Positions 10,228 to 18,749 of a stretch of 64,000 nucleotides of DNA are shown piece after piece. Position 1 is the stretch's first letter, and each line of letters starts with the position of its first letter. Below the pieces are notes generated by a model. That model was not told where the DNA came from, did not search any database, and worked only from the letters and a program-made list of their open reading frames with translations. The stretch lies in IMG/VR virus record IMGVR_UViG_3300025009_000054, positions 64,001 to 128,000 of that record; one strand, 5' to 3'. This DNA comes from a virus. The position numbers and the translations under genes are program-made.

Positions 10228-10624
10228 TTAGATTCTCCTCCTTAGATTTAGTATCACTAGAGCCCACTGGCATAATACTAAGATCAATATACGGCGATCT
10301 ATCTTTAATCGGGACAAGATAAATTGACCATGCTAATCTTCCACAAGGCATTTGTGTTGGTAAAAACTTCTCTGTTGGATAACTAACAACAGAATCACCT
10401 ATTACTGCTTTACAGACATTTAGAATAGCATCTGCCAGTGATTGTGGTGTTGCACAATGTTCCCTCCATGGAGCAGCAATTATGTCTATATCGAATTTTA
10501 AGCTCCCATGGACTCCAAGAGCATACCCATATCTACGGGCAACCAACCTCAATGCTGGGATTAACGCATCATAGTATTCCTGTACCATGTCTTGGTGTGG
10601 GCTAATTCTCTTTAATTTAACCAT
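10220..10624 (-). CDS. hypothetical protein with minimal nucleotidyltransferase-like motif
   Basis: GYALGVHGSLKFDIDIIA (hGS...DxD) and a later IDLS. Confidence 0.6.
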   Translation of the reverse strand: MVKLKRISPHQDMVQEYYDALIPALRLVARRYGYALGVHGSLKFDIDIIAAPWREHCATPQSLADAILNVCKAVIGDSVVSYPTEKFLPTQMPCGRLAWSIYLVPIKDRSPYIDLSIMPVGSSDTKSKEENLSE

Positions 10625-10636
10625 TTTAATATCCTC

Positions 10637-11299
10637 CTACGGAGCGCATCTGCCTTTATACCAGCAATCACCACACTCAGATTTTGGATCCGGATTGTAT
10701 TGTATTGGTATTAATTCGCCAGTTTCTAGGTATGGTATCATCGGCCACACCTGACGCTCAATCTTCATCCATCGTATGGGATCATAATCTATCGGAAACA
10801 CTTTATATTTATTGGGATCATTAAGGTACTCTGGATGAAACAAACCAGAACACATGCCTGGTATTCCCTTATTTACGTAAATGAACACCCCGCGATGGAT
10901 ACCACTCCTATGAAGATATGCGTTGAGCTGTGTCTTGTAGTTATCGTGAGGTTCTGTCAGATATCTAAACCTTGATGGACTTATCGACTTAATCTCCATA
11001 ATGTACGGCTCACAATTATTAACCATTGCATCGGGGATTATACCGCGTAACGACTCTGGACACTGATTACGACCATCGCAATGTCCACGCAACTTTAGGT
11101 CTTCCCATTCATACTCAATCTCTACCTGCTTGGTTAAATCAAGTGCCATAAAATGACTCTGTAGATATTCGTGTATGTACGTACCGATGTTGAGGACATT
11201 CTGTAGGTATGGTGGTATAGTGGGGGGAATCCCATAGTATACCATCATCTGCGCTTTTTGACATTTATCTAGTGATGAGCAACGAAATACACCAGCCAT
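10637..11299 (-). CDS. Cas4-like PD-(D/E)XK exonuclease
   Basis: N-terminal Cys, GT.IHE, GHCDG, EIKS, QLNAY, C-terminal CxxCxxxxxC. Confidence 0.88.
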   Translation of the reverse strand: MAGVFRCSSLDKCQKAQMMVYYGIPPTIPPYLQNVLNIGTYIHEYLQSHFMALDLTKQVEIEYEWEDLKLRGHCDGRNQCPESLRGIIPDAMVNNCEPYIMEIKSISPSRFRYLTEPHDNYKTQLNAYLHRSGIHRGVFIYVNKGIPGMCSGLFHPEYLNDPNKYKVFPIDYDPIRWMKIERQVWPMIPYLETGELIPIQYNPDPKSECGDCWYKGRCAP

Positions 11300-11365
11300 T
11301 TGGATTACCTCCGTGTTTTGATAATAACGTATAAACCCAAATGGCTGGCATAATATTAATCTCTT

Positions 11366-12318
11366 TTAACTAATAGTCACATGTGGACATATTCCATCGT
11401 TACGAGCACGTCCTATATTGCAGTTATAACATAATAACCTATACCTATCAAATGGAAAATTATTATGTATGAGCCACTTATAAAATTTGTGCCCACTACC
11501 CCTAATCTTCCGATCATCCGATCCATCATTATCTATGTGATCTATATTTAGAAACATATAATTAGTCTCTCCACAACACGAGCATTTACTACCATATGCA
11601 TTATAGACTATATCACGTGATATGATGGTACTATATAGGGCTGTACCGCCATATTGATTTGTGCTATGTGGACACATTCCACCATTCCTCGATCTACCAG
11701 TATTACAATTATGACACAATACGCGATACCCACTTGGATAATTTTCACGACGCAATCGTGAAAATAAACCAAGTCCAGAATCAGGCTTACTTAGTTGTCT
11801 ATGGTGAGCATCACTAATATGATCTATTGATAGGAATAATGGGTTAGACTCACCACAACAAGCACACCTATCACCATAGTGACTCACTATATCTAAGCGA
11901 AGGCGTTCACTATACCTAGCACGCCATTCTTTGCCATGCGTACGTTTTGAATTTTTCTGACGAGCAATACACTTCTCACACCATTTCGAATCAGTACACA
12001 ATAAAGGTGATCCACAGTCATAACATAACCCATTTTAGTGCGTTTTGCTCTTACCATAATCGATAGGTCGTTATGTTTACGTGAACACTCACCGCATCGA
12101 GTACCACAGCTAGCAGTACTATTGCCACAATCCACACATACTCCAGACGCCTTTAACTTAATAGACCTGCTTTTATGCCTACGCTTAAATAAGTCTCTAC
12201 ATTTTAGACACTGTACATAATCGCCATCGATAGGTGATCCACACGACACACATAGATTATTGTCTTTGCGGTACTGATATTTTATCTTTTGAGATTGAGT
12301 CATAGACAAATAAATCAC
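11366..12318 (-). pseudogene. zinc-finger-repeat + tandem-HNH endonuclease split by a 1-nt frameshift at 12033-12036
   Basis: Track ORFs 11893-12318 and 11366-12001 join if one A is added (ACT AAA [A]AT GGG TTA TGT TAT GAC TGT = TKNGLCYDC). This restores a third CxxC..CxxC repeat, followed by two CxCCGE..DHI..LCxNCN modules. Confidence 0.7.
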
Positions 12319-12345
12319 CTCTATATCATACAGTAGTGCGGGTAA

Positions 12346-13239
12346 CTATTTCCCGCTTGATCCCCATCCATGACTACCGCGTTCGCTTTGATCTAGATCA
12401 TTCACTTGTACCATATGTACATCACACACTCTATGTATAATCAATTGTGCAATTCTTTCACCAGCCCTAATAGTCATTACTTCATTAGGTATCATGCTAC
12501 GTGCACATACAAAAAATTCACCTGAGAACCCTGCATCAATAACAGACTCTTGCACTAGTATGTTGCGTTTGGACGCACTCGACCTAGCTTTAATATTAAT
12601 CCAGTATCCGCTAGGGATCTGGATTTTTAATCCGGTTGGCACTACAGTAAATCCATCATAATTAAGTACTGTATCTTCGACAGCACAAATATCCCAGCCT
12701 GCATCATCTTTATATGTCTTGTTTGGGAGCCCATACTGCCTAGCTCTATCATCCATAACAACCTTGCATATTAAGCCGCTATCGTCATCATTATTGATAA
12801 TATTCCTAGATAGTATATCGATAGCTATACTAGTAAGTCGTGGGTCTATCGATGTAACGCCAAATTCGGCAAGTTTGGCGGTTGTTGTCATTCTCCATCC
12901 AGCAGCACTACTCTTAGTGGTACAATCCATGGGACCAGATAGATAGGCGAACTCTAAATCGCTCCAATCTTTACTATCTATATCTCTGAGTGATTTAATT
13001 ATATCAATGGCGTGGCCTAAACTATATACAATATGTGTCGCCTGAGACTCTGCTACTATCGACATTGGCCTACCAGTTTTCCATACAAGTATACGTGCTG
13101 GCACCCCAATTCTATGTGCATACTCAAGTTCTTGCGCCGTACCTATTGATAGATCATCTGACAGGAAGTTGAATATGCAATAATTCGACGCTTCCACATA
13201 TCCATTATTAATAGTGCATGCTAAACTTCCTCTGGACAT
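12346..13239 (-). CDS. dut: nucleoside 2-deoxyribosyltransferase/N-glycosidase-like domain (circularly permuted) fused to trimeric dUTPase
   Basis: C-terminal AGWDI, ARSS, VIDAGFSGE, RIAQL, RGSHGWGSSG; N-terminal SIGTAQELEYA precedes AYLSGPM..WR..G...IDP. Confidence 0.88.
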   Translation of the reverse strand: MSRGSLACTINNGYVEASNYCIFNFLSDDLSIGTAQELEYAHRIGVPARILVWKTGRPMSIVAESQATHIVYSLGHAIDIIKSLRDIDSKDWSDLEFAYLSGPMDCTTKSSAAGWRMTTTAKLAEFGVTSIDPRLTSIAIDILSRNIINNDDDSGLICKVVMDDRARQYGLPNKTYKDDAGWDICAVEDTVLNYDGFTVVPTGLKIQIPSGYWINIKARSSASKRNILVQESVIDAGFSGEFFVCARSMIPNEVMTIRAGERIAQLIIHRVCDVHMVQVNDLDQSERGSHGWGSSGK

Positions 13240-13451
13240 GTTACCTCCTCAATATTAGGGACTAGATCGCAACTCACAGTACCAACCCCATCTTCTTCTA
13301 TATATGGCAGCGCATTCACTATGGCTTCTGACGTGCCATCTTCTTCTACTACTAAGTCAAATAGTCTAAATCTACCGCCAATCTTCAAATCCATAAAATT
13401 AATACGAACCCACTCACCATCCCTATATGCCTGAGTTATCCTACCTATCAT
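13221..13451 (-). CDS. hypothetical protein
   Basis: Likely start MIGRITQ at 13451, directly after the upstream stop. Confidence 0.6.
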   Translation of the reverse strand: MIGRITQAYRDGEWVRINFMDLKIGGRFRLFDLVVEEDGTSEAIVNALPYIEEDGVGTVSCDLVPNIEEVTCPEEV

Positions 13452-13452
13452 A

Positions 13453-13701
13453 TCAGTTCTTACCCTTCTTAGACTTCTTGATAGCACGATTCTTAGCGCG
13501 ACTAGCTTTGGCGGCCTTATTATTTTTGTGCCTTTTATCAATCTTATTATAATACGCCTGGGCTTTAGTGACTATAGATGGATCATATCGCAATGTCTTG
13601 ACCTCGTCCATGGTCATATATGTAACACCATCGTCAACAAAGGTTGACTTATCGACTATATCATCACACACAATACCAGTGTATCCTGTTTCGGATTCCA
13701 A
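13453..13701 (-). CDS. hypothetical protein with basic C-terminus
   Basis: TTG start at 13701 after GGAGG; Lys/Arg-rich tail. Confidence 0.55.
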   Translation of the reverse strand: MESETGYTGIVCDDIVDKSTFVDDGVTYMTMDEVKTLRYDPSIVTKAQAYYNKIDKRHKNNKAAKASRAKNRAIKKSKKGKN

Positions 13702-13714
13702 TTTAGACCTCCAA

Positions 13715-14338
13715 CTATACAGTAATATTATCAAACATAACTGGTATGAGATTCTTCGCATCTGCAAGTAATGGGATCATAAGCTCTTGCATCTGTGGAT
13801 GCGCGGTGAGTGGCGTTCTCATATGGAATATATGTCTCCACTCTCTCCAGTTGGCAGTTACAGCAATCTCAGTTTTCACACAGGTGGGTAGGCAATTCCT
13901 CGCGATCTGTGGCTTAAATCCTTTTACATTAACGTAGTATTCGTACTCTCTCTGGTCAGCATGCCTTCCTTCAAGCCACACATTAAATGCTTCATCATCA
14001 CCACGTATTTCCTCAGGGCAGATTACCATAATGCCTGAGCTCTTATAATTACAGTACCTGGTACTCTCCTGAGCAAATGCAGCAAGTCTATGTCTAACCA
14101 ACTCATGTGATATGCCACGATCACATATAAATTTAACAGTCATCATACTATGTTCAAACATGGCCTCATGCTTTTCGCTCATTCTAGCACGAAGGAATCC
14201 CTCATATGAATCATCTGTAATTTTCGCTTCTGACTTGTAGCATATGCGGATGATTCGCTCCATATCTTTAGCCATTTCAACCGCATCCATGTGTGAGTAT
14301 GGGAACATAATTTTGTAGCTAGGCTGTATTATTTCCAT
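13715..14338 (-). CDS. thyX: flavin-dependent thymidylate synthase
   Basis: HEAMFEH, RGISHELVRHR..FAQESTRYC, NWREWRH, AHPQM. Confidence 0.97.
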   Translation of the reverse strand: MEIIQPSYKIMFPYSHMDAVEMAKDMERIIRICYKSEAKITDDSYEGFLRARMSEKHEAMFEHSMMTVKFICDRGISHELVRHRLAAFAQESTRYCNYKSSGIMVICPEEIRGDDEAFNVWLEGRHADQREYEYYVNVKGFKPQIARNCLPTCVKTEIAVTANWREWRHIFHMRTPLTAHPQMQELMIPLLADAKNLIPVMFDNITV

Positions 14339-14385
14339 CGGATTCTCCTCTCAATTTGGATAAGTCTACGCTAGGTTGCCCACAT

Positions 14386-16644
14386 CTATCCGCAACGGGA
14401 CCATGAACATGCCGGATTAGAACACTTATAACATCCCTCACTATATTTTATCATCGACCCACAATCGGCACACAGCTCGACCTTGGGACCACCAAATAAA
14501 TCTAGCGTATGTCTAACGTTCTGATCCGTCGCACGTTGAATTGCTTTTCCAATAGCATCGGCACACGATAGAACGTGTGTATTCTCGTCAGCTACGCATC
14601 CTAAGCACCGTATTCCAAGAAGCTGTTCGAGGACCGTATCGACACTCAAACCTGCTCTGAGTGCATTACTGATAACACGCGACAGGCTTTCAGCCAAGGA
14701 ATGGCATCCGCTAGCCCTTCCCGTATTACACATGACCTCAAGCACACGCCCATCAGTATCCTTATTTACAGTAATATATATACTGCCACAGTTTCCAACC
14801 TTAAATACCGACGTGCTACCAGATAGAAGCTGTGGCCTAGTAGTAGATCTTATATCCTCCGGTGTATGGGTTTTCCCACCAGCAGACATTGGTTGATTCT
14901 CACGGCAGTTATTTCTATATACTGTCATTCCTTTACACCCAGTCTCATATGCCAACTTTATAGCACCAGCGACATCTTCAACTGTGGAGTTGTTATTCAT
15001 ATTAATGGTTTTGCTAATGGATAGATCTATATGCTCCTGAAACGCTGCTTGCATTTTGATATGATCAGACCAATGTATATCGTGCGCACATACAAATAGC
15101 CTCTTCAGGGACGACGGGAGTCCTGTAATATTTTGAATTGATCCATCATGTTTTTTTGCAATCTCACTAATTAAATCATTCGACCATATACCAGCACGTT
15201 TTGATTCATCGACAAACATGGGGTGAACTTCACTCATCTCAGTGCCATCAAGTACTGTCCTGGTATAAGCCACTGAGTACATCGGCTCTATACCGCCAGT
15301 GACACCTGCAATTATTGATAACGACCCAGTCGGTGCTACACACGTCCTAGTAGCATTACGGATAGCGTACTTACCATCGTATATACTGCCACTCCACGCT
15401 GGAAATGCACCACGTTCATTAGCCATATAAATAGATTCTTCGGTAGCAATATTTGAGATAGCCTGCATTACCATCTTACCAGTATCACGAGCTTCTTCGG
15501 AATCATATCTCAGTCCAAGTTTGAGTAGCATTTCTGCCCAGCCCATAACGCCTAACCCAATCTTGCGTGTGAGCAGCGTAGCATCTTTGATTTCTGGAAG
15601 TGGGTAACAATTGACATCTATTACATTGTCGAGGAATCTTACTGCAGTTCTAACAGTAGATTCCAATATATCCATGTCTATTTTTGGCATATCATCATTA
15701 GTGACCATTAAAGATAAGTTGATAGACCCCAAATTGCATGACTCGTTGGTTAACTGTGGCACTTCTGCACAGGGATTGCAGCCCTCTATCTCACCAAGAT
15801 GTGGAGTTGGATTATATCTATTAATATTACCCCTGAATAGTATTCCAGGCTCTCCAGTTGCATGCGCATTATTAACGAGTGCATCGAATAATTGAACGGC
15901 ACTAATTGTGGTTCTATTTCCAGTTGTAGGACACACAAGGTCATATTTACTATTGGTATTGACGGCATCCATAAACGCATCATCCACTAATACGCTTATA
16001 TTGAAATTTTTGAGTTTACTTAGATTACTCTTACACTTAATAAACTCAAAAATATCTGGATGGCCTATGGGCATGAGAGCCATATTGGCACCCATGCGCG
16101 CACTACCTTGTTGCACAGCATCCGTACAAGCATTGATAGCTTCTATAAACGATATTGGTCCACCGGCCTTACCATTTGTCGATGATACCAGAGCTCCCTT
16201 TGGCCTAATATGACCAAAATTAGCTCCAACCCCTCCACCCGACTTATGAATTAAGGCAAATTGCTTGATCGTATCAAATATACCTTCCATCGAATCTGGT
16301 AATGATAGCGTAAAACATGCCGCGAGTTGTCCATTATCTCGACCGGCATTGATTAGAGTAGGTGTGTTTGGAAGAAAATGCATATTACTCATTAGCGTGT
16401 AGAAGTCAATGGCCTGGCTTATCACATCTTCCATGGATGACCCATATTGCTTATCAGCCATAGCAATAGCAGCAGCTACACGTGCAAACATATCACGCGG
16501 ACTTTCTATGCAGTTACCAGCACTATCTTTACGTAGATATCTCTTAGTAAGTAGTGTAGTAGCATTGTCGCTCAACACAGGATCTAGATCTACCTGAGCG
16601 TGTATCTCAGCAATAATATCATAGGTGTTAAATTCGATAGGCAC
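14386..16644 (-). CDS. nrdJ: class II (B12-dependent) ribonucleotide reductase
   Basis: FLPNTPTLINAG, QLAACF, NPCAE, CNLGSINL, APTGSLS; C-terminal TSCPD-like domain (LSCADAI) and Zn ribbon. Confidence 0.96.
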   Translation of the reverse strand: MPIEFNTYDIIAEIHAQVDLDPVLSDNATTLLTKRYLRKDSAGNCIESPRDMFARVAAAIAMADKQYGSSMEDVISQAIDFYTLMSNMHFLPNTPTLINAGRDNGQLAACFTLSLPDSMEGIFDTIKQFALIHKSGGGVGANFGHIRPKGALVSSTNGKAGGPISFIEAINACTDAVQQGSARMGANMALMPIGHPDIFEFIKCKSNLSKLKNFNISVLVDDAFMDAVNTNSKYDLVCPTTGNRTTISAVQLFDALVNNAHATGEPGILFRGNINRYNPTPHLGEIEGCNPCAEVPQLTNESCNLGSINLSLMVTNDDMPKIDMDILESTVRTAVRFLDNVIDVNCYPLPEIKDATLLTRKIGLGVMGWAEMLLKLGLRYDSEEARDTGKMVMQAISNIATEESIYMANERGAFPAWSGSIYDGKYAIRNATRTCVAPTGSLSIIAGVTGGIEPMYSVAYTRTVLDGTEMSEVHPMFVDESKRAGIWSNDLISEIAKKHDGSIQNITGLPSSLKRLFVCAHDIHWSDHIKMQAAFQEHIDLSISKTINMNNNSTVEDVAGAIKLAYETGCKGMTVYRNNCRENQPMSAGGKTHTPEDIRSTTRPQLLSGSTSVFKVGNCGSIYITVNKDTDGRVLEVMCNTGRASGCHSLAESLSRVISNALRAGLSVDTVLEQLLGIRCLGCVADENTHVLSCADAIGKAIQRATDQNVRHTLDLFGGPKVELCADCGSMIKYSEGCYKCSNPACSWSRCG

Positions 16645-16646
16645 TA

Positions 16647-17900
16647 TTATCTTCCTCCAGGGTTTATTGCTCTTTTGATTCTCATAAGCGAGAACCTGTC
16701 ATATCTTATATCGAGATTATCACGATTAAACCGCATACTCTCGACCTTGGCATTATCACACCAGCCACATTCTATCGTAGACGCAGCATAATTACGACCA
16801 CTACTGTATGTGTTGCCATTAGACATATGACTACATGCTATGATATGTGATGCGAATGCTGGTATATCATCATCGGTTCCAGATGCCTTACATATGTTCT
16901 GCATCATTTTACCCGTATCAACCCCAAGCGACGCTATCACACTATACATTGATTCAATCATGTAGAGAGTTAAATTATACGCTTCGGGATAGATCATTCT
17001 CTCATTTGCAGAATTTGTTAAATCCCGCTCGTGCCATGTTGGGATGTTCTCCATCGCAACAACCACGTATGATCTGACCATCCTAGCGAGGGAACATATA
17101 CGTTCACATAATCCTGGATTTTTACCAGACTTATGTTTCATTGACGACGACCCAGCCGCAGATTCCTTCGACACCTCATATACCTCATCAATTTCCGGAC
17201 GAGCGAGGTTTCTTATCTCTGTTGCAATACGCTCTAGGGTGCTAGCTATAAGTGCTAGCTGACATATATACTTAGCATATACCGATCTATCGACGATCTG
17301 CGACGACGCTGCCGCTGGATATAGTCCCAGTATATAGCACGCTTTCCTCTCGACATCTGGATCGAGTACATTATACGACCCAACTGGTCCAGACATCTTA
17401 CCATAATACTCGTTAGCATTGAGATCATTGATGTGTCTTGTTATATCCCATATCCAGCTAGCCAATTTGCTAGAAAATTTCATTGGTTCTGCCCACTGTC
17501 CATGCGTCCTACCAATAATTATAGCACCAGAATTATCTTTAGCACACTTCTCTATGGCATTTCTAAATTCGACCAGTGAAGACATTATCTGTGTACCACT
17601 ACGCATACACATTAGCGACATCGATGTATCCATAACATCTGATGCCGCTAGTCCATAGTATACTGGAACGCATTCTGGATATTTATCCTCTACCCATGAG
17701 ATGAAACCTATCATTTCATGAACATATTCATTGATAAATGCGTTGATAACTGGTAAGTCACCACCTAATATCTCTGGTATGCATTTTTTGGTAGACAAGC
17801 CATGCGATTTAATTACAGCATTCATAACCTGTGCCCAGGTTTGGTATTTGGATAGATCACTCCAAATACCATTACATTTGGTATCGTATCGGCTAGTCAT
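16647..17900 (-). CDS. purB: adenylosuccinate lyase (divergent)
   Basis: SRY, GRTHGQWAEP, GKMSGPVG, GSSSMKHK..KNP, ENIPTWHERDLTNSANER. Confidence 0.92.
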   Translation of the reverse strand: MTSRYDTKCNGIWSDLSKYQTWAQVMNAVIKSHGLSTKKCIPEILGGDLPVINAFINEYVHEMIGFISWVEDKYPECVPVYYGLAASDVMDTSMSLMCMRSGTQIMSSLVEFRNAIEKCAKDNSGAIIIGRTHGQWAEPMKFSSKLASWIWDITRHINDLNANEYYGKMSGPVGSYNVLDPDVERKACYILGLYPAAASSQIVDRSVYAKYICQLALIASTLERIATEIRNLARPEIDEVYEVSKESAAGSSSMKHKSGKNPGLCERICSLARMVRSYVVVAMENIPTWHERDLTNSANERMIYPEAYNLTLYMIESMYSVIASLGVDTGKMMQNICKASGTDDDIPAFASHIIACSHMSNGNTYSSGRNYAASTIECGWCDNAKVESMRFNRDNLDIRYDRFSLMRIKRAINPGGR

Positions 17901-17902
17901 TA

Positions 17903-18748
17903 TTAGCCCTCCACACGCACTAACATCTTAATATCGGTAATACCCTTAACACCTTCTAAATAAGCAAACCCATCATTTATTGACATTAATCGATATCTAG
18001 TAGTACCATGCAACATACGAACTACATCTCCATCATGCAACTCTACACCATGCGCGTCATCATTTTTACCTGGTGTCACTGGCACGTTACTGATTATAGG
18101 AACGTTAGTACTCCTAAGCAGAGTTGATATACCATCTTCCTCAATGCGACCCCACAAACCGCGCAGTACCAGTATCGATATAATCGCATAGTTCGACATG
18201 TCGCCCATGGTTTCAATTACGCTCTCTCCACCATCATCGAGTTTGTTCTGAAGAATATTGCGCATGCGGCATGTCTTATCATGCATTCGGCTGTGAATGC
18301 CAGTAACACCAACGTCAGATAGGTTCTCATTACTGTATTTTCGACCACGCTCAACCATAATGGATAAGTTGCGATCACACATTTTCTTAACCTGCTGATC
18401 TACCTGCGCTGCATCCATATAGATTAGATTGTCCTCATCGAATAATCCTGACGATGCTACTAGCTGTCCAACAACTCCATATACCGCGATTCGCTTAAAT
18501 ATGTCTATGGCAGCGCAGCAAGCTTCACGACTAATCTCACTACCAGTATATACACACGGCTTTAGGTTGTCAATATCACCCATACCGACGAGCACTCCAG
18601 CGTCTAACCATAACATCTGACACGATGCCAGTATTCCATCTACCCCTATCCTGCTAACGACTGACATTGAACGTGGTGTATCGGTTAGCATGTTGATCGC
18701 AGCAGCCCCAATACTGTCTACTTCTGTACTAAGTATCGATATTTTCAC
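17903..18748 (-). CDS. DUF1599 / nucleotide-modification-associated all-alpha domain protein
   Basis: RGRKYS..N....G..GIHSRMHDK..R..N......ESVIETMGDMSNYAII; GTG start after GGAGG. Confidence 0.75.
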   Translation of the reverse strand: MKISILSTEVDSIGAAAINMLTDTPRSMSVVSRIGVDGILASCQMLWLDAGVLVGMGDIDNLKPCVYTGSEISREACCAAIDIFKRIAVYGVVGQLVASSGLFDEDNLIYMDAAQVDQQVKKMCDRNLSIMVERGRKYSNENLSDVGVTGIHSRMHDKTCRMRNILQNKLDDGGESVIETMGDMSNYAIISILVLRGLWGRIEEDGISTLLRSTNVPIISNVPVTPGKNDDAHGVELHDGDVVRMLHGTTRYRLMSINDGFAYLEGVKGITDIKMLVRVEG

Positions 18749-18749
18749 A

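Noticed and set aside
10637-11299. Cas4-like gene as evidence of CRISPR-Cas
   Set aside because: No array or other cas genes; solo Cas4-like nucleases are common in phages
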